Assembly (NCBI GenBank): GCA_000934665.2
Contig: KZ538004.1
Coordinates: 124,001-175,681 of the forward strand
Length of the DNA: 51,681 nt
Reading direction: 5' to 3'
Origin: Catajapyx aquilonaris
Lineage: Eukaryota
The translations under genes were made by a program, and so were the position numbers. Numbering within the stretch: the stretch's first letter is position 1; the number at the start of each line of letters is the position of its first letter. Shown one piece after another: positions 1 to 11,988 of this stretch. The notes below the pieces were generated by a model that saw only the letters and a program-made list of their open reading frames with translations, did not search any database and had not been told where the DNA came from.

Positions 1-63
1 ATCGCATTTTTCTGGTAAACTCACAACACTTCAAAATGAACACACTTCATAACTTCAGGAATT

Positions 64-1316
64 TTATGAATCCATTCCATTATAATGTAGACCTGCACGC
101 CTCCGCCTTTCTATATGTAGCAGAAAGAGCATCTTGTTTGCCTCGTAATAGAATGGATTTGACTGTGAATCGAGGTCAGGACAGTAGTACACTCCATCTC
201 CCCCGCCATTCCCATTGTGGTTAGGAATGCTTCGGTGAGTCTGATGATGCACGTTGAAATTTTCCATGCACTCACAGCCAATATGTGATGAGGTCTGTGG
301 AAGATTTAATACGTATGAAAGGATATGGAAAAGGGCAGTAGTCACGTGAAGTAACATACTGAAAGATAAGATATTGTCACCACAAGTGTGTGTAATCTCA
401 GGCATACACTGCAAGTATGTGTTCCAAAATCAAATTTTGTCACTACAGATAATACCTTTCAGTGGAAAGTGTAGAAAATAATATCAGGAGAACCATAGTT
501 TCAGGAACCAAAAACTTTGTGGTTACCGTATTTACACGCATATAAGACGCACATGCGTATAAGACGCACCCCGGTTTTGAGGCGAAAAATCGTGGAAAAT
601 CGGTTGTTGACCTATATAAGACGCACCCAGATTTATTGCCGTAGTTTGGGAACTGGCCTCGAGCTGCCGGCAGCAACCTCGTGTGCAATGCATGTCCAAT
701 GCATGTGCGTGTGGAATCCATTAGAATCCAGTAAGGGGGGGGGGCAAGTGGAAAATGGGACAATGCTACGCATCTGAAACGTATAGGTGGCAAGGTCACA
801 CCGGAATTGTGCACGTGTGTGGACGGGGAGAGCATAACAATGGAAGTGAAGGAGAAACGCAGGTCGTACCGTGCCGATTTCAAGAGGAAAGTGATCAACT
901 GTGCTGACAGGACATCAAACCGACAAGCTTAAATTTTTCAATAAACGATTTTCACGATTTCTCACGGGTTTCACCCGTTGTGCCCTGCCGTATAAGACGC
1001 ACACGCGTATAAGACGCACCCTACTTTTTGAGCTACAAAAATCGGAAAAAAGGTGTGTCTTATATGCGCGTAAATACGGTACTTGTCTTGATCAGAAAAG
1101 GATCCCTTCCACAACGGACTTTTCCTCTCACCATCACTTTTAGTGGAAGTTGTTCAGAATAACAGAAGATAAAAAATGAAACTCAGTTATGCCCTATCTA
1201 TTCCGGTGGTGTAAAATTCGAATTTGGAACTGTCCATTTTGCATTTTTTCAATTATAAAATATATTAGTAAATACCTTACTGTAATATGCATGTATTTTG
1301 TTTTGTGTTGCTTTAG

Positions 1317-1347
<31 letters not shown>

Positions 1348-1349
1348 CA

Positions 1350-1380
<31 letters not shown>

Positions 1381-4300
1381 CCAATATCCATCATGGCTTT
1401 TCCCAGCGGGGTGCCAGCGGATAATGAGGAGCAGGTCCTCCTTACCCTCACATGACCATGCTTTAGTTAAATTGTAAATAGAGCACAATAGTGTGGGTAT
1501 GTAAAAGCTAAACACTTCACTGTTTCTTAGGAAATCATAACACATTATTTCATATTTTTACATGTTTTTCATTCAGTTTCATATGTTTTTTTTTTTTTTT
1601 TGCTCCTCTTCTTATCCAACCTTTTTAGTGTTAGGACATGCCCCGGTCCTGTGGGTGATGGATAATCGGGGTTCTACTGTATTTCCAGTTATATATAATG
1701 AACAATTAACACAAAAATCAGTCACCAATGCTTTACAAATAAAAATACAAATTATCTGACATTCTTACCTCTTCCTGTCATTATTTTATAATGATAAAAA
1801 ATGCAAAACTGAGAATTTGAAATTTGGGTTTTCGCAAATAACAGAATATATTACACCTGAGTTTCACTTTTTCATGTGACACGGCCACACACCATGCATT
1901 TTAAAATTGAGCATATTCACGTCTGCTCATGGAAAACTGATCACAACATTTGAAGGCATTAAATGTGAAAAGATATATCTCCATTTGGCATTTTGAAGAT
2001 AAGCATAGGTTAGCATTGGTAAGACAGAGAATCAGATATTTCATTTTAATTTCAAATGGAATAATTTTACTTTTTGGAAAAAGTAAATTATGCCAAGGTA
2101 CGTTTCATTCTTCCGAACACTGAAATACCATATATCCCGTTTTGAAGGTTAATTTTTAATAATTGCCACCTTCTTTCTAAAAACTGCAGAAGTTGCCATT
2201 TGAAAGGCGTCAAATTTCTGCTCCTGAAAACTAGTTTTGTTGTTCTTGCTTTGCTGTATGACACTAGCCTCAATAACATGCTCTCAATACTTATCCTAAG
2301 CAAATAAATATCATTTAACAAGGAAATGTCATGTAGTGACAACACTATATCTTGGGAGAAACACTTGACTCTGATACCAATTTCTTCATAATGGCCCACT
2401 CCTCTAACGGGCACAAAAATACATTTTGCAATAATTTAATACAAACCACCCTGCAGTACACATGCACAACTACCATATGCTGGCTGGTTTTCCAAGGCAC
2501 ACAATGTATTGCTAGGAATAATAAGTTATCACTCACTTCAGTCACTAGGTCTGGGACCGACACAGCATTAGCGATCACATCAGGTGATCGGTTGAGACTT
2601 GTTGCAGGACTGCCATCCGAATGCAAGTGTAAATTGTTGATCCGTTTGGACAGTGGCATAAACTCCTTATCATTATCACTGTGCCGTCGCTTCCTGAAAA
2701 TTAAACCAGGGTTTAAAACAATAACATTTTCCTAAATGGAATAGTCAGTGCGATAAAACCTTAAGTTCACTAATAATGTGTAAATGACAAAATTATATAT
2801 GTCGTAGCCCCATAGCGAAATTGGGCACTTCATGAAATGTCTCCTGAAATTGGACACATGCTGTAGTGCAATCTCCCGTGAAGAATTACACCAAGTGCCC
2901 AGAAATATTGGACTGTTCACGAAGTGTCAGCAACGTGTTGGACTGATTCCGTAATTCAGAATCTGTCCAGTGTACCGTACATGAGCAGCTGAGCAAAACC
3001 AGAAGGTGTGGAGAGCATCAGGAGATGCAGAGTGCAGGCCATACCTGCCCATGACCTGGACGAAATGTGAGGAGGGAATGTCTGGAAGTCCAGGAGTTGG
3101 TCCTGACTCTTGAGCCAAGGGTAGTCCAGCTGTCCAGGTGACTGTACGGAAAGGTTGTCATCCGTACTGTGAGTGAAGTCAAGTACTTGTCTGATTGGTT
3201 GATCATAAGTGTCATTTGGTGGGGCAAAGACATGTCCAAGGAAGTAACCAAAGTGCACTGCTGCAAATCTTTCTTCAGCATTCTCATGACCAATTTGGTC
3301 ATCTCAAAGTCATATGCAGACTCCTGATGCAATCACAGTACGGATGACAACCTTTCTGTATACAGTCACCTGGATTACCCTTGTCTCAAGAGTCAGGACC
3401 AACTCCTGGACTTCCAGACATTCCCTTCTCACATTTCGTCCAGGTCATGGGCAGGTATGGCCTGCACTCTGCATCTCCTGATGCCCTCCACACCTTCTGG
3501 TTTTGCTCAGCTGCTCATGTACGGTACACTGGACAGATTCTGAATTACGGAATCAGTCCAACACGTTGCTAACACTTCGTGAACAGTCCAATATTTCTGG
3601 GCACATGCTGTAATTCTTCACAGGAGATTGCACTACAGAATGTGTCCAATTTCAGTAGACATTTCATGAAGTGCCCAATTTCGCTATGGGGCTACGACAT
3701 ATACAAAAGGAACACTTTCAGGATCATTTTTTCCTCCGACCATGACAACTTATAGTGGAAGGGCTTTGGGGCATTCCATGGGTCACATGCTCAGCACCAT
3801 GTCCAAGTATTTAGACCCCAATAATTAGTGATGTATTTGTTTAAGAGCAGCGATATTTGGTGACAGGAGTTGTTACCCGCACAAGATCTAATATGTTCAG
3901 TTTCAATCCTGGGTCATGCATGGCTCGTGAAAAAATAATTGATATGTTTTGGCGACTTAACATTAATTCTGATGGAGCCAAATACTTGGACATGTGCCTG
4001 ATGAAATGCCACACGCGTTTTTCTGGTTACATTCCAGAGGAAAACAAATTCCATAGGCGCATTCCCCCAGTGTTGCTCTTTCATTTGATGTATACGGTAT
4101 GTCGATTTGGGGAGATGGAGTGGTGCCGCGGTAACGTGCGCGCCCACGGATGTTAAGGTCCCGGGTTCGATCCCGGGTTCGATCCCCCCCTTCATCTCGT
4201 GCAGAGTTCTGGGGTCGTCTCTGGCTTCGTTTCGGGTGGTATTTCTACAGACTAAACCACCCGGGGGAGTTCACAAAATGACCAAGCACCGTTACCGCAC

Positions 4301-4431
4301 TGCACTTGCACATCCCCCCCTGTCATCCTGCCCGTGGGCCCGGGTGCTTCGAATATGGTTCCACAAAAATGTACTGTTCGATTGAAAATAAAGGTCCGTG
4401 CTGATGCCCTTGGGTGAGCACTACCCCAACA

Positions 4432-4485
<54 letters not shown>

Positions 4486-7456
4486 GGTTTGGACCACTTT
4501 CACTAACAAAAAAAAATTATCCAAAAAAAGGCCCAATTTCCAAATTTCCGCGATTTTTTCCCTCCCCATGGTATTTTGCAATTTGGCTGAAACTTGATAG
4601 GCAGTGTTATGACATAGGTGTGTACAGCTGTGATTATTTTCAGCAAAGTCCAAGATGGTCTAACAACATTTAGGCCCACTTGATAGGGAAAAACCCCTAT
4701 ATTTCCAAGATTTTGGTTTTTTGACTGCCCCGAGGTCAAAAACAAATCGAAGACAAAATGAATGGTCATTATGAGTTACGAGTGACCCAAGGAACATGGA
4801 AATAGCAATAGTTTTGAGGACACGCATTTCTGCACTGGGTTACATTGTGTAATAACTCTGCGAATTCTAAGTGGTTGTCATGGCAGTACAGAGACGCTCT
4901 AGAGAAGAAAAGTGCGAGGAATCCATTGGTCACCTTGCAGTACCGGTATCTGCTTTTCTTTGCATCGTAGCAAAACAAAACTCTCCGTAACGAACCAAGA
5001 AAAAAAGGAACGAACCAAGGCGTGCGATTTTCCACCGTTCAAAACCTTTTCACAGGTAGTATTTGTGAGCTGTTTTACCACTTCATGGTGTACATAATTA
5101 AAACAAGACACATCAGGACACTGACCAGTCATCAGAGGATTCTCATGTATTGGTCGATTGAGATGGTTGGGTCATATGACCTGGTCATCGCTGACTATAC
5201 CTCATCATGGGACTATGCCGTGATGATTGTGTATGTTGGATGTAACCCGGTATATGAAAAACTACATGCCTACACACCAGTCTTCGGGGACCAGGCTGAC
5301 ACAGACACATCAATGAAGTTATGAACTGACTAGAGGGGAAAACATTTTAATAAATGAAGGGGTCGGTGCAATACTGCCCTAACCCACCAAATGACACAAA
5401 TTGAGTTTCGTGCACTTCCATATACTACACTCAAATATCTAATAAGGTACACTGAGATTGTCCAGTTTCTGCCATTTGTCGGTGAGAAATCAAACAATGT
5501 TTTTCTTGCTGCAAGGTTATGAATGCCTTTCCTGCCGCAAAACCGCCCTAACCCTCCATCTTCAAATATGGCAGCGCGTAGGTTGCGGCTGCGAGCAGCT
5601 GTGTCTCACGGGACGGGCTTAAATAGTGAGCTTTTGCCTGATGATACCGATGTGGATGAGAGTACCTAAGATTCAGAGTTCGATCCTGATAATGATGTGC
5701 AAAGTAGTAGTCCATTGCAGCAAAATAATAATAATAGTTGGGTCATTCCATGTCAAGACAGACAACTTGGTGGCTGGAACCATCTCATAATTTGATATAA
5801 AAATCATTGAAGTGTTGCCAAAAATAAAGTTAAGAGCCTCCCAGGTGAAAATCCCACAGAGATATGGCAACGTCTTTCAGCAACAATGGAGCCGGAAGGA
5901 CCATTATTCAGGTGAAGTTATTGTTGTACCCTCATGTTCATATTATATCAAATGAACTGGCGTAAGATGAGGAACATTTTGGTGGCAACGGGTTAGCCTA
6001 GATTGTAAAATAAAAATGCTAAAAAAATAGCATTATTGTGCAAAACGGACACATTTCATATGGTCCAATGTCATTGTTAAACACATGCTAAGCGTGTGGA
6101 ATTAATATGGTAGGTACATTGTCATCTGATCATCATTAGTCATTACTACTGTAGGACAACATCAAGGTCAAGCAGACTTGGAGAGAATAAATCTGAAATG
6201 TCGGAAAAAGCCCTCTATAGGCTACTCCACGTTATTTGATGTTGCGAGTGAACCATTCATGGTAAGTGAACAGTTCTTATACTGCTATGTTATGCATGAA
6301 AAGACGCTTCTGATAACTTAAAAATTGACCCAGCCCCACACTGAGAAAAATGACCCCAAAGATGACCAAATTAGTGGAAAACAGACATTTCAGAGGTTTT
6401 ATCTCCAAGACTGCTTGACCTGTGATGTTGTCCTTCGACAGTAGTAATGATCAGATGACAATGTACCTACCATATTAATTCCACACCCTTAGCATGTGTT
6501 TCACAATGACATTGGACCATATGAAATAATATGAATAATCTTAACGGAGATTTTTTATCACATTTTGTTTACTACCCCACCCCTCCACTTTTTGGGAGCG
6601 CACGTAAACTACGGGATTTGGGTACGGTACATTGGCTGTTTTTCTCTCTCTAGGTAGTTCTGCAAAATACAGCAGGTCATGACAATTTTGGACACTCCTC
6701 ACTGAACAGTTATTCTGACTCAACAGACAACGAAAGCGACCTTTGAGGTGACCAAATGCATTTTCCAAAAATGCGCATCGCGATACTCAATTGTTTTTCA
6801 AAACGTTGCCCAAAGTCGCCCGTGGGAACATAGCACCCTTGATTCCTGGCCAGCTGCTGGCCACGTTTTCGGGCTGGCCAGGAATTCCTGGCCAAAGGTC
6901 GCTCGTGTGAATGAGCCAAATACCTCGGCCAAATATGACCCAAGTAAAGATGGTGGCCTGCCTCAGCCGGGAGGTTGAGGTGTCATTTCTCTAGATATAC
7001 ATATTATACCAAAACTCTTTGGCGGTTACACAAGTGATTTCAGATTTCCATTGACTATATATTCTCATTCTATCCATGGGAATAGGATGATACCTTTACT
7101 GAAGCAACATTACAACAATGGAGGCCTGGGAGGCCTAGACTCAAACCAACACCTGGGCAACAACACTAATAATGTCACACATGAAACAAATCAATTTCAC
7201 CTCCCATAAAATTACACATCCACATCTATCTATTAAAACAATCTTCATTGTGAAATGCGACAGCACTAGCATTACCTACTACGAAGTACTGTAATACTTT
7301 TCTAATAGTAACCACTACATACACATCCACAAGAAATTACGTAGGCTTGTTGACACAACTCTCCACATTATTTCTTGCTCTGTGATATCACAAAATGACT
7401 TACATCATGTCCCGGCAACTTCCACTCGTCCAAGTACCAGGTGTCGGACTAAACAT
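64..7456 (-). CDS. Small (146 aa) FAM104/VCF-like protein (putative nuclear p97/VCP cofactor); spliced, coding exons 7456-7404, 2693-2537, 294-64
   Basis: Three minus-strand segments join in frame with canonical splice sites: ATG AT|gtaagt (7404), ttttcag|G AAG CGA (2693), ACT GAA|gtgagt (2537), ttccacag|ACC (294), stop at 66-64. Protein: MFSPTPGTWTSGSCRDMMKRRHSDNDKEFMPLSKRINNLHL...YCPDLDSQSNPFYYEANKMLFLLHIERRRRAGLHYNGMDS. A bipartite-NLS-like N-terminus, low-complexity middle and a C-terminal 'PFYYEANKMLFLLHIER' helix fit the FAM104 architecture; the family assignment is from recall. Confidence 0.7.
526..1079 (+). mobile_element. pogo/Tigger-type non-autonomous DNA transposon with transposase 5' remnant
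   Basis: TIRs CCGTATTTAC(A/G)CGCATATAAGAC(G/A)CAC, TA on both flanks (524-525, 1080-1081), and repeated subterminal TATAAGACGCAC motifs. ATG at 840 gives MEVKEKRRSYRADFKRKVINCA, resembling the Brinker-type DNA-binding N-terminus of pogo transposases. Confidence 0.85.
1318..1378. repeat. (TACA)n microsatellite
   Basis: Direct tetranucleotide tandem repeat. Confidence 0.95.
1600..1679 (-). mobile_element. Terminal fragment of the Tigger-like MITE family also present at 38088-38408
   Basis: The reverse complement CAGTAGAACCCCGATTATCCATCACCCAC matches the 38088 element end and is flanked by TA. Confidence 0.65.
2800..3699. mobile_element. 900-bp fold-back element with ~375-bp terminal inverted repeats (TA-targeting, probably Tc1/mariner superfamily)
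   Basis: TGTCGTAGCCCCATAGCGAAATTGGGCAC... at 2800 is mirrored by ...TCGCTATGGGGCTACGACA at 3699, with TATA on both sides. The mirror-image ORFs 2927-3118(-) and 3381-3572(+) confirm the inversion. Confidence 0.9.
4109..4485 (+). mobile_element. tRNA-derived SINE, family A (tRNA-Arg(ACG)-like head), with (ATT)n tail
   Basis: A box TGGTGCCGCGG, B box GGTTCGATCCC, body shared with five other copies in the window, and an (ATT)n tail at 4431-4485. Confidence 0.9.
4560..4775 (+). repeat. Dispersed repeat (likely DNA-transposon internal sequence); inverted homologue at ~42720-42890
   Basis: CATAGGTGTGTACAGCTGTGATTATTTT and GGCCCACTTGAT motifs recur as the reverse complement near 42800-42880. Confidence 0.6.
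5568..5720 (+). pseudogene. Possible decayed piggyBac-type transposase N-terminus
   Basis: ATG GCA GCG... gives an acidic Asp/Ser-rich stretch (PDDTDVDEST*DSEFDPDNDVQSSS) with an internal stop. The call rests on composition only. Confidence 0.25.
6053..6527. mobile_element. Fold-back MITE with ~150-bp inverted arms
   Basis: ATTTCATATGGTCCAATGTCATTG...CACATGCTAAG is mirrored by ...CAATGACATTGGACCATATGAAAT. No clear TSD. Confidence 0.8.
6640..6990 (-). pseudogene. PIF/Harbinger (HARBI1-like DDE) transposase remnant
   Basis: Peptide ENAFGHLKGRFRCLL matches the conserved E-x-AFG-x-LK-x-R(W/F)-R-x-L motif of Harbinger nucleases; the frame is disrupted. Confidence 0.75.
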
Positions 7457-7690
7457 ACGAAGGCAGGACCTAGATGATCGTGTAAATGACGGTTTGCGGA
7501 ACGTTTTTTCCCCATTCGGCTTCTGCTAATTCGCCTGTTGGCCACAATGTGGCCACGATCTTTGCTGATGGAAGGTGTCGCGTAGTCGCCTTCAAGTCTA
7601 GATGATGCTGTCATCTCGTGGCCAAAATCGCAAATGCAAAAATGATTGTCAATAGTTGAATCTTGAATGACTACTTACAATAGTATCGGC

Positions 7691-7702
7691 CAAAATGGCG
7701 CC
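7691..7702. promoter_or_regulatory. YY1/Pho-type motif near the probable 5' end of the FAM104-like gene
   Basis: CAAAATGGCGCC ~240 bp upstream of the ATG in a locally CpG-rich patch; a possible 5'-UTR donor (gtaagt, minus strand) lies near 7678. Confidence 0.4.
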
Positions 7703-8001
7703 ACAATTGCCACATGTAATTTCATGCACGTGGAAGGTAAATCAACGGAAAATATATTTACTGACTACACTTGCTTTAACCCAATCCCAGTGTTCAATGG
7801 CCTAAGTACGGGATTGAACTTCTTGCCATTCCTGTGACCTAAATTATTTCTGTCTCTTATTCTTATACACGTTTATGGTCACAATATTTTGGCACTGTCA
7901 CGGAGTCCTCCTATTAATAGGCTCCTACTAGGAAACTAGTGGATTTCCTTCTGAAGGTAAATCACATCAATGGAGACAAGATGCATAAGGTGACACCTCA
8001 G

Positions 8002-8741
8002 TTCACCTCCATCAAGCAATTTGCCATAAACGACCAGAAATTAGCATGACTGATGTTGTTCTCCTCCACGACAACGCTTGTTCTGACACATGAATGCATT
8101 GCTGTGACAGGGAAGATTCAGGCTTGGGGATGGCATATTCCGCAGCACCCATCTTACAGCCCTGACTTGCCCCATCTATTTGGACCAATGAAGAAGTACC
8201 TGGCCGGTCACCACTTAACCCTGGAACCGTGCCATGGGGTCTTTTTGGACCCCAAGGAAAAAAATGCATTAAAATGATCATTACAATGAACTTTTGCCAT
8301 TTTTTTACAGTATATAACAGGAAGTGCAAGGTCTATTTTGAATTAGCGATCATTTTAGGCATTGTTGAAAGAATGATTGTATATAGTCAATACATTGAAA
8401 AGTATTATATAATAATTAATAAAAATTAAAATATGGTGGGGTCCGAAAAGACCCCACGGCACGGTTGCCGTAATACTCGTAGGCACGGCACGGTTCCAGG
8501 GTTAAGCGACAATGTAGAAGTGAAATAGGTCATCCACCACTGGCATCTGAAGCCTTTTTCTGAAGTGGCATGGCAAAACTAGTGTGCCTGTGGAATAAGT
8601 GCATCAATATGTATGGTGACTATGTCTAGAAGTTTAGAAAGACTTGCTCTTTCATAATATTATTATGTGTATGTCAGTTTGAGTTCAGTAGTGAAGCTTC
8701 AGAATTTAAACATTTGTCAACTGCATTCAGATTCGCCCTCA
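8002..8741 (+). pseudogene. Decayed mariner (DD34D) transposase 3' half with right TIR, interrupted by a piggyBac-type MITE
   Basis: LLHDNA, HPSYSPDL..HLFGPMKKYLAG and, after the insertion, KLVCLWNKCINMYGDYV. Ends in ...CGCCCTCATA. Confidence 0.85.
8219..8501. mobile_element. piggyBac-type MITE
   Basis: TTAA TSD (8215-8218, 8502-8505), TIRs CCCTGGAACCGTGCC / GGCACGGTTCCAGGG, and subterminal GGGGTC...GACCCC palindromes. Confidence 0.9.
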
Positions 8742-9610
8742 TATTTCATGTAATTTGACCCTCTTTTGATGAAAGTCGCATGGTAGGCAGAACCTTATGT
8801 GGCCAGTTGCAAAATTTGATTTGAATTTATGTTCCTGAATAATTGCCAGATTCAAATATTAGAAAGCTTCAGTCTTTGTTGTGCCATGCTGTGAGTCGTA
8901 TTTTCCATATCCTGTCAGAACTGTTGAAGAGCCATTTTTTGCTTAACTTACCAGTACAGTAGCTTTTAGATAGGCAGGAACTTTTAATTGCAGCTTGCAG
9001 CTCACCTATTTTCACATAAACTGGGGTTATTAAGTTTGTCATATAACTTGCGCAGGGAATTAGTTCTCTCTACAGTCCTCCAAATCTACAACGAAAAAAG
9101 GCGCCTCCCCTGACACAAGAAGTCCTTGGTCTACGAACAGGGTGGTTACATCCTGAGGACATTCATAAGTTGGACCCTGATGAACAGCTCATACATAATT
9201 ATATCGTAATAATACAAACCAATTACCCCATGTGGGTTTGATTACATGCGTGATGGGAAGTAATTTCCGAATTCATAATTAATTATACAGCATTTATGTC
9301 AAACTTGTTGGTCAACATATGCAAAAGTGATTGAGAGTGGATATACACAAATAATTATAAATTATCCTTATGGAATGCCTTGGGAGCCAGTTCATAAGTA
9401 CAGAACTTCGTAATTGGTAAGTCAGGTTCTTCGTAAACTGGAGACTTCCTGTAACTGGATTAAACTCTTCTGAAATTAAAAATGTTTTCATATATGTTAT
9501 TAGTGTGGTAATTACAAGTAGTTATGTGTTATGTTCTAATAATCACCAAGTGCTTGCCAAATGCTTTCAGAAATGGAAAGAATATTTCCTAATCCATTTT
9601 GGGTTTAATA

Positions 9611-9937
9611 ATCCTTGGGTAGTGCCTGACCCTGGGGTATGCGGCACGGACCTTTATTGTAACTTGTAGTACAGAGTACAGTGGGACCATATTTTTGAAA
9701 CGCCCGGGCCCACGGGCAGGATGACAGGAGGGGATGTGCAAGGTGCAGTGCAATGTCACATGTGCGGTTGTTTTGTGAACTCCCCCGGGTGGTTTGTCTA
9801 TTGGAGATACCACCTGAGACGATGCCAGAGACGGCCTAACACTGCAAGAGATGAAAGGAGTGTCCCCGGTCTGGGATCGAACCTGGGACCTCAACATCGG
9901 TGGGGGCATACATTACGGCAGCAACACTCCGCCTCCC
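9611..9937 (-). mobile_element. SINE family A copy
   Basis: Reverse-complement match to the 4109 copy; TSD TGGGTTTAATA at 9600-9610 and 9943-9953. Confidence 0.9.
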
Positions 9938-10145
9938 TTTTCTGGGTTTAATACATCATGATAATTATTATGAAAAGCAATCACAACTGGTTTAAAAAAT
10001 TCCAGCTGCTAATATCATGAGGTTTGTGGATTTTGCTGTGAAAATACACTGATAATAATTTGACAAACATTTACTTATGGTGGTTCTTATGATCCAATAT
10101 TATTGGGAAAATGATTTTCACTTTTTAGCACCAGAAAAATTGATA

Positions 10146-10540
10146 CAGTAAAACTTCTATAAGTCGAGCTTTCCTAAGTCGAAGATCTCTATAAGTGGAA
10201 GCAAATTATGAACCTGGTTGGTCACAATGTAAAACAATAGGAAATAAACTTCCTTAACTCAAATTTCTATAACTCGGAAGTTGTCCATAACTCGATGGCC
10301 TTACGATGGGATATCTATGCATTTTCAGTCTCCCTAAGTCGAAGTTCACGTTGGCGAGTCCCGAAAATTTTCTCATTTCCCAGCCGAAGGGTCGAGAATA
10401 GGCCAAATGTACAGAAAGGCTCTTTCCTGATCTCCGTCTACTGAAAGAAGTGTTTTACTCCATTGTGACAATTGCATCCTTTATTAAGAGTGAGAGCTGA
10501 TCTAAGAGTAGGCAAATGTCCATAACTGAGTTTTTTTTTA
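10146..10540 (+). mobile_element. Truncated Tigger-like DNA element
   Basis: TA|CAGTAAAACTTC end followed by repeated TAAGTCGA/TAACTCG subterminal motifs. The other end was not found. Confidence 0.55.
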
Positions 10541-10589
10541 CAACAAAACAATGAGGAACATTGTTGTGCGATATATGATAGTTACCCAA

Positions 10590-10941
10590 GGGGAGACGGA
10601 GTGGTGCTGCGGTAACGTATGCGCCCACGGATGTTAAGGTCCCGGGTTCGATCCCAGCCCGGGGACACCCCCTTCATCTCGTGCAGAGTTCATTGGGTCA
10701 CCTCTGGCTTCGTCTCGGGTGGTATTTCCTACAGACTAAACCACCCGGGGGAGTTCACTAAAAATGGCCACATAAAGACATTGCACTGCACCTAGCACAT
10801 CCCCTCCTGTCATCCTGCCCGTGGGCCCGGGCGTTACGTATAAAGGTTTCAATGTACGTATGAGTATAAAATAAAGGTCCGTGCTATATACCTCAGATGA
10901 GGTCAAGCACTACCCGGATTATTATTTATTTATTATTTATT
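10590..10941 (+). mobile_element. SINE family A copy (full length)
   Basis: A/B boxes, ATT/ATTT tail, and an 18-bp TSD TATATGATAGTTACCCAA (10572-10589, 10942-10959). Confidence 0.92.
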
Positions 10942-10974
10942 TATATGATAGTTACCCAATACATTGCCCAATAC

Positions 10975-11934
10975 AATACAGCTTGTTAGCGACAGAAAAT
11001 TGTGATTGGTGCAATTTAAACATCCCCCTAACATAAGGTGACCAGATTTCCGGGCCCGAAATTCGGGACGCCTCATTATGTCGCAAACGGGGGGGGGGGG
11101 NNNNNNNNNNNNNNNNNNNNCACTTAAAGAAAATGAACATTCCTTATTAGGACAATGAGATGTACTACAAGCAAGCCCAGATGTCCTAAGCCAATCTGAC
11201 AAAGCAAGGTGTCACTTAGAACATTCACAATTTATTTACCATCATCATCATCATCTACATGTGAAGTATATAGTACTTACTTTAGCAACATTTGAGAAGC
11301 AGAAGCCAAACTGCTGTAGTACAGTATTTTCGAGAGCTGTGAATTTTTTTAGGGAGGTCTTTCTTTGTCAGAAGCATTTAAAAAAACTCTACACAAGTTT
11401 CATCATAGTTGACCTTAGTCACTAACATTGCCTTTAGAGTTTCCACACTCAGTTGACTTTTGTCACTGGTCCACACGCTATTCATGAGGGAGAATACCCT
11501 TTCAGTGGCAGCATTTGTCCCAAGCAAGCAAAAAAGGAATTCTGCTAACTTAAGATTTTTTTTTGCATGGGACATGGTTAGTTTCGAAATGTGACACCAT
11601 ACGAATATACTTATTCATTCCTTTCCGGGACAACTTGGCCGAATTCGGGACAAATGGGCGTCCCGAATGACCCTTGAAAAATTCCGGGACAAAGGGTGAA
11701 AATTCGGGACTGTCCCGGAAAATTCGGGACGTCTGGTCACCTTACCTAACACCACATCACTTATTATTTGAGTGCCCCATTTTTGCCACCCCTAGAAAAA
11801 TTTGCCTTAACGCTTTATCTGTCATCCCTTTGGAACAAACAGCTTTTGTTTTTCATAACCTAACAAAACAACAAATTTTCCTACTGTACTCGTTTTTTTC
11901 AAATGTCTGTAAGCACAATCATACAGTTATGTGA
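10975..11934 (+). pseudogene. Non-LTR retrotransposon RT C-terminal remnant split by a hAT element
   Basis: Removing 11034-11744 and one TSD copy restores the frame CDWCNLNIPLTPHHLLFECPIF, a C-x2-C...H-x4-C knuckle typical of LINE ORF2 3' ends. Confidence 0.65.
11034..11744 (-). mobile_element. hAT (Blackjack-like) non-autonomous element with hAT C-terminal dimerisation-domain remnant
   Basis: TIRs TAAGGTGACCAGA / TCTGGTCACCTTA, subterminal TTCGGGAC repeats, and direct repeat CCTAACA on both flanks. The minus ORF 11378-11575 has GTNAATERVFSLMNSVWTSDKSQLSVETL. Contains a 20-N gap at 11101-11120. Confidence 0.9.
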
Positions 11935-11988
11935 CTGAATGTAAATGTTATGTGTCCGCCTAATAATGACCCAAAGTGGGGAGATGAA

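Noticed and set aside
2927..3572. Apparent duplicated 63-aa gene pair on opposite strands (also 31554-31929 and 32423-32820)
   Set aside because: Mirror ORFs arising from fold-back arms; no recognisable protein.
4109..4190. tRNA genes (also at 10590, 12205, 30628, 34450, 41850, 45910 and a decayed head at 27040-27110)
   Set aside because: A/B boxes are present but no intact cloverleaf; the six full copies continue into a SINE body (with tail and TSD where preserved), and the 27040 head is too decayed to be a gene.
4252..4673. Poly-Asn/poly-Tyr ORFs (likewise poly-Leu 13304-13546, HTYI repeats 1189-1545, ER repeats 34990-35337)
   Set aside because: Translations of microsatellites and SINE tails.
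10870..10920. Hammerhead/HDV ribozyme in the SINE-A tail
   Set aside because: No CUGAUGA plus GAAA core is conserved across copies and no HDV double pseudoknot is evident; a simple stem-loop explains it.
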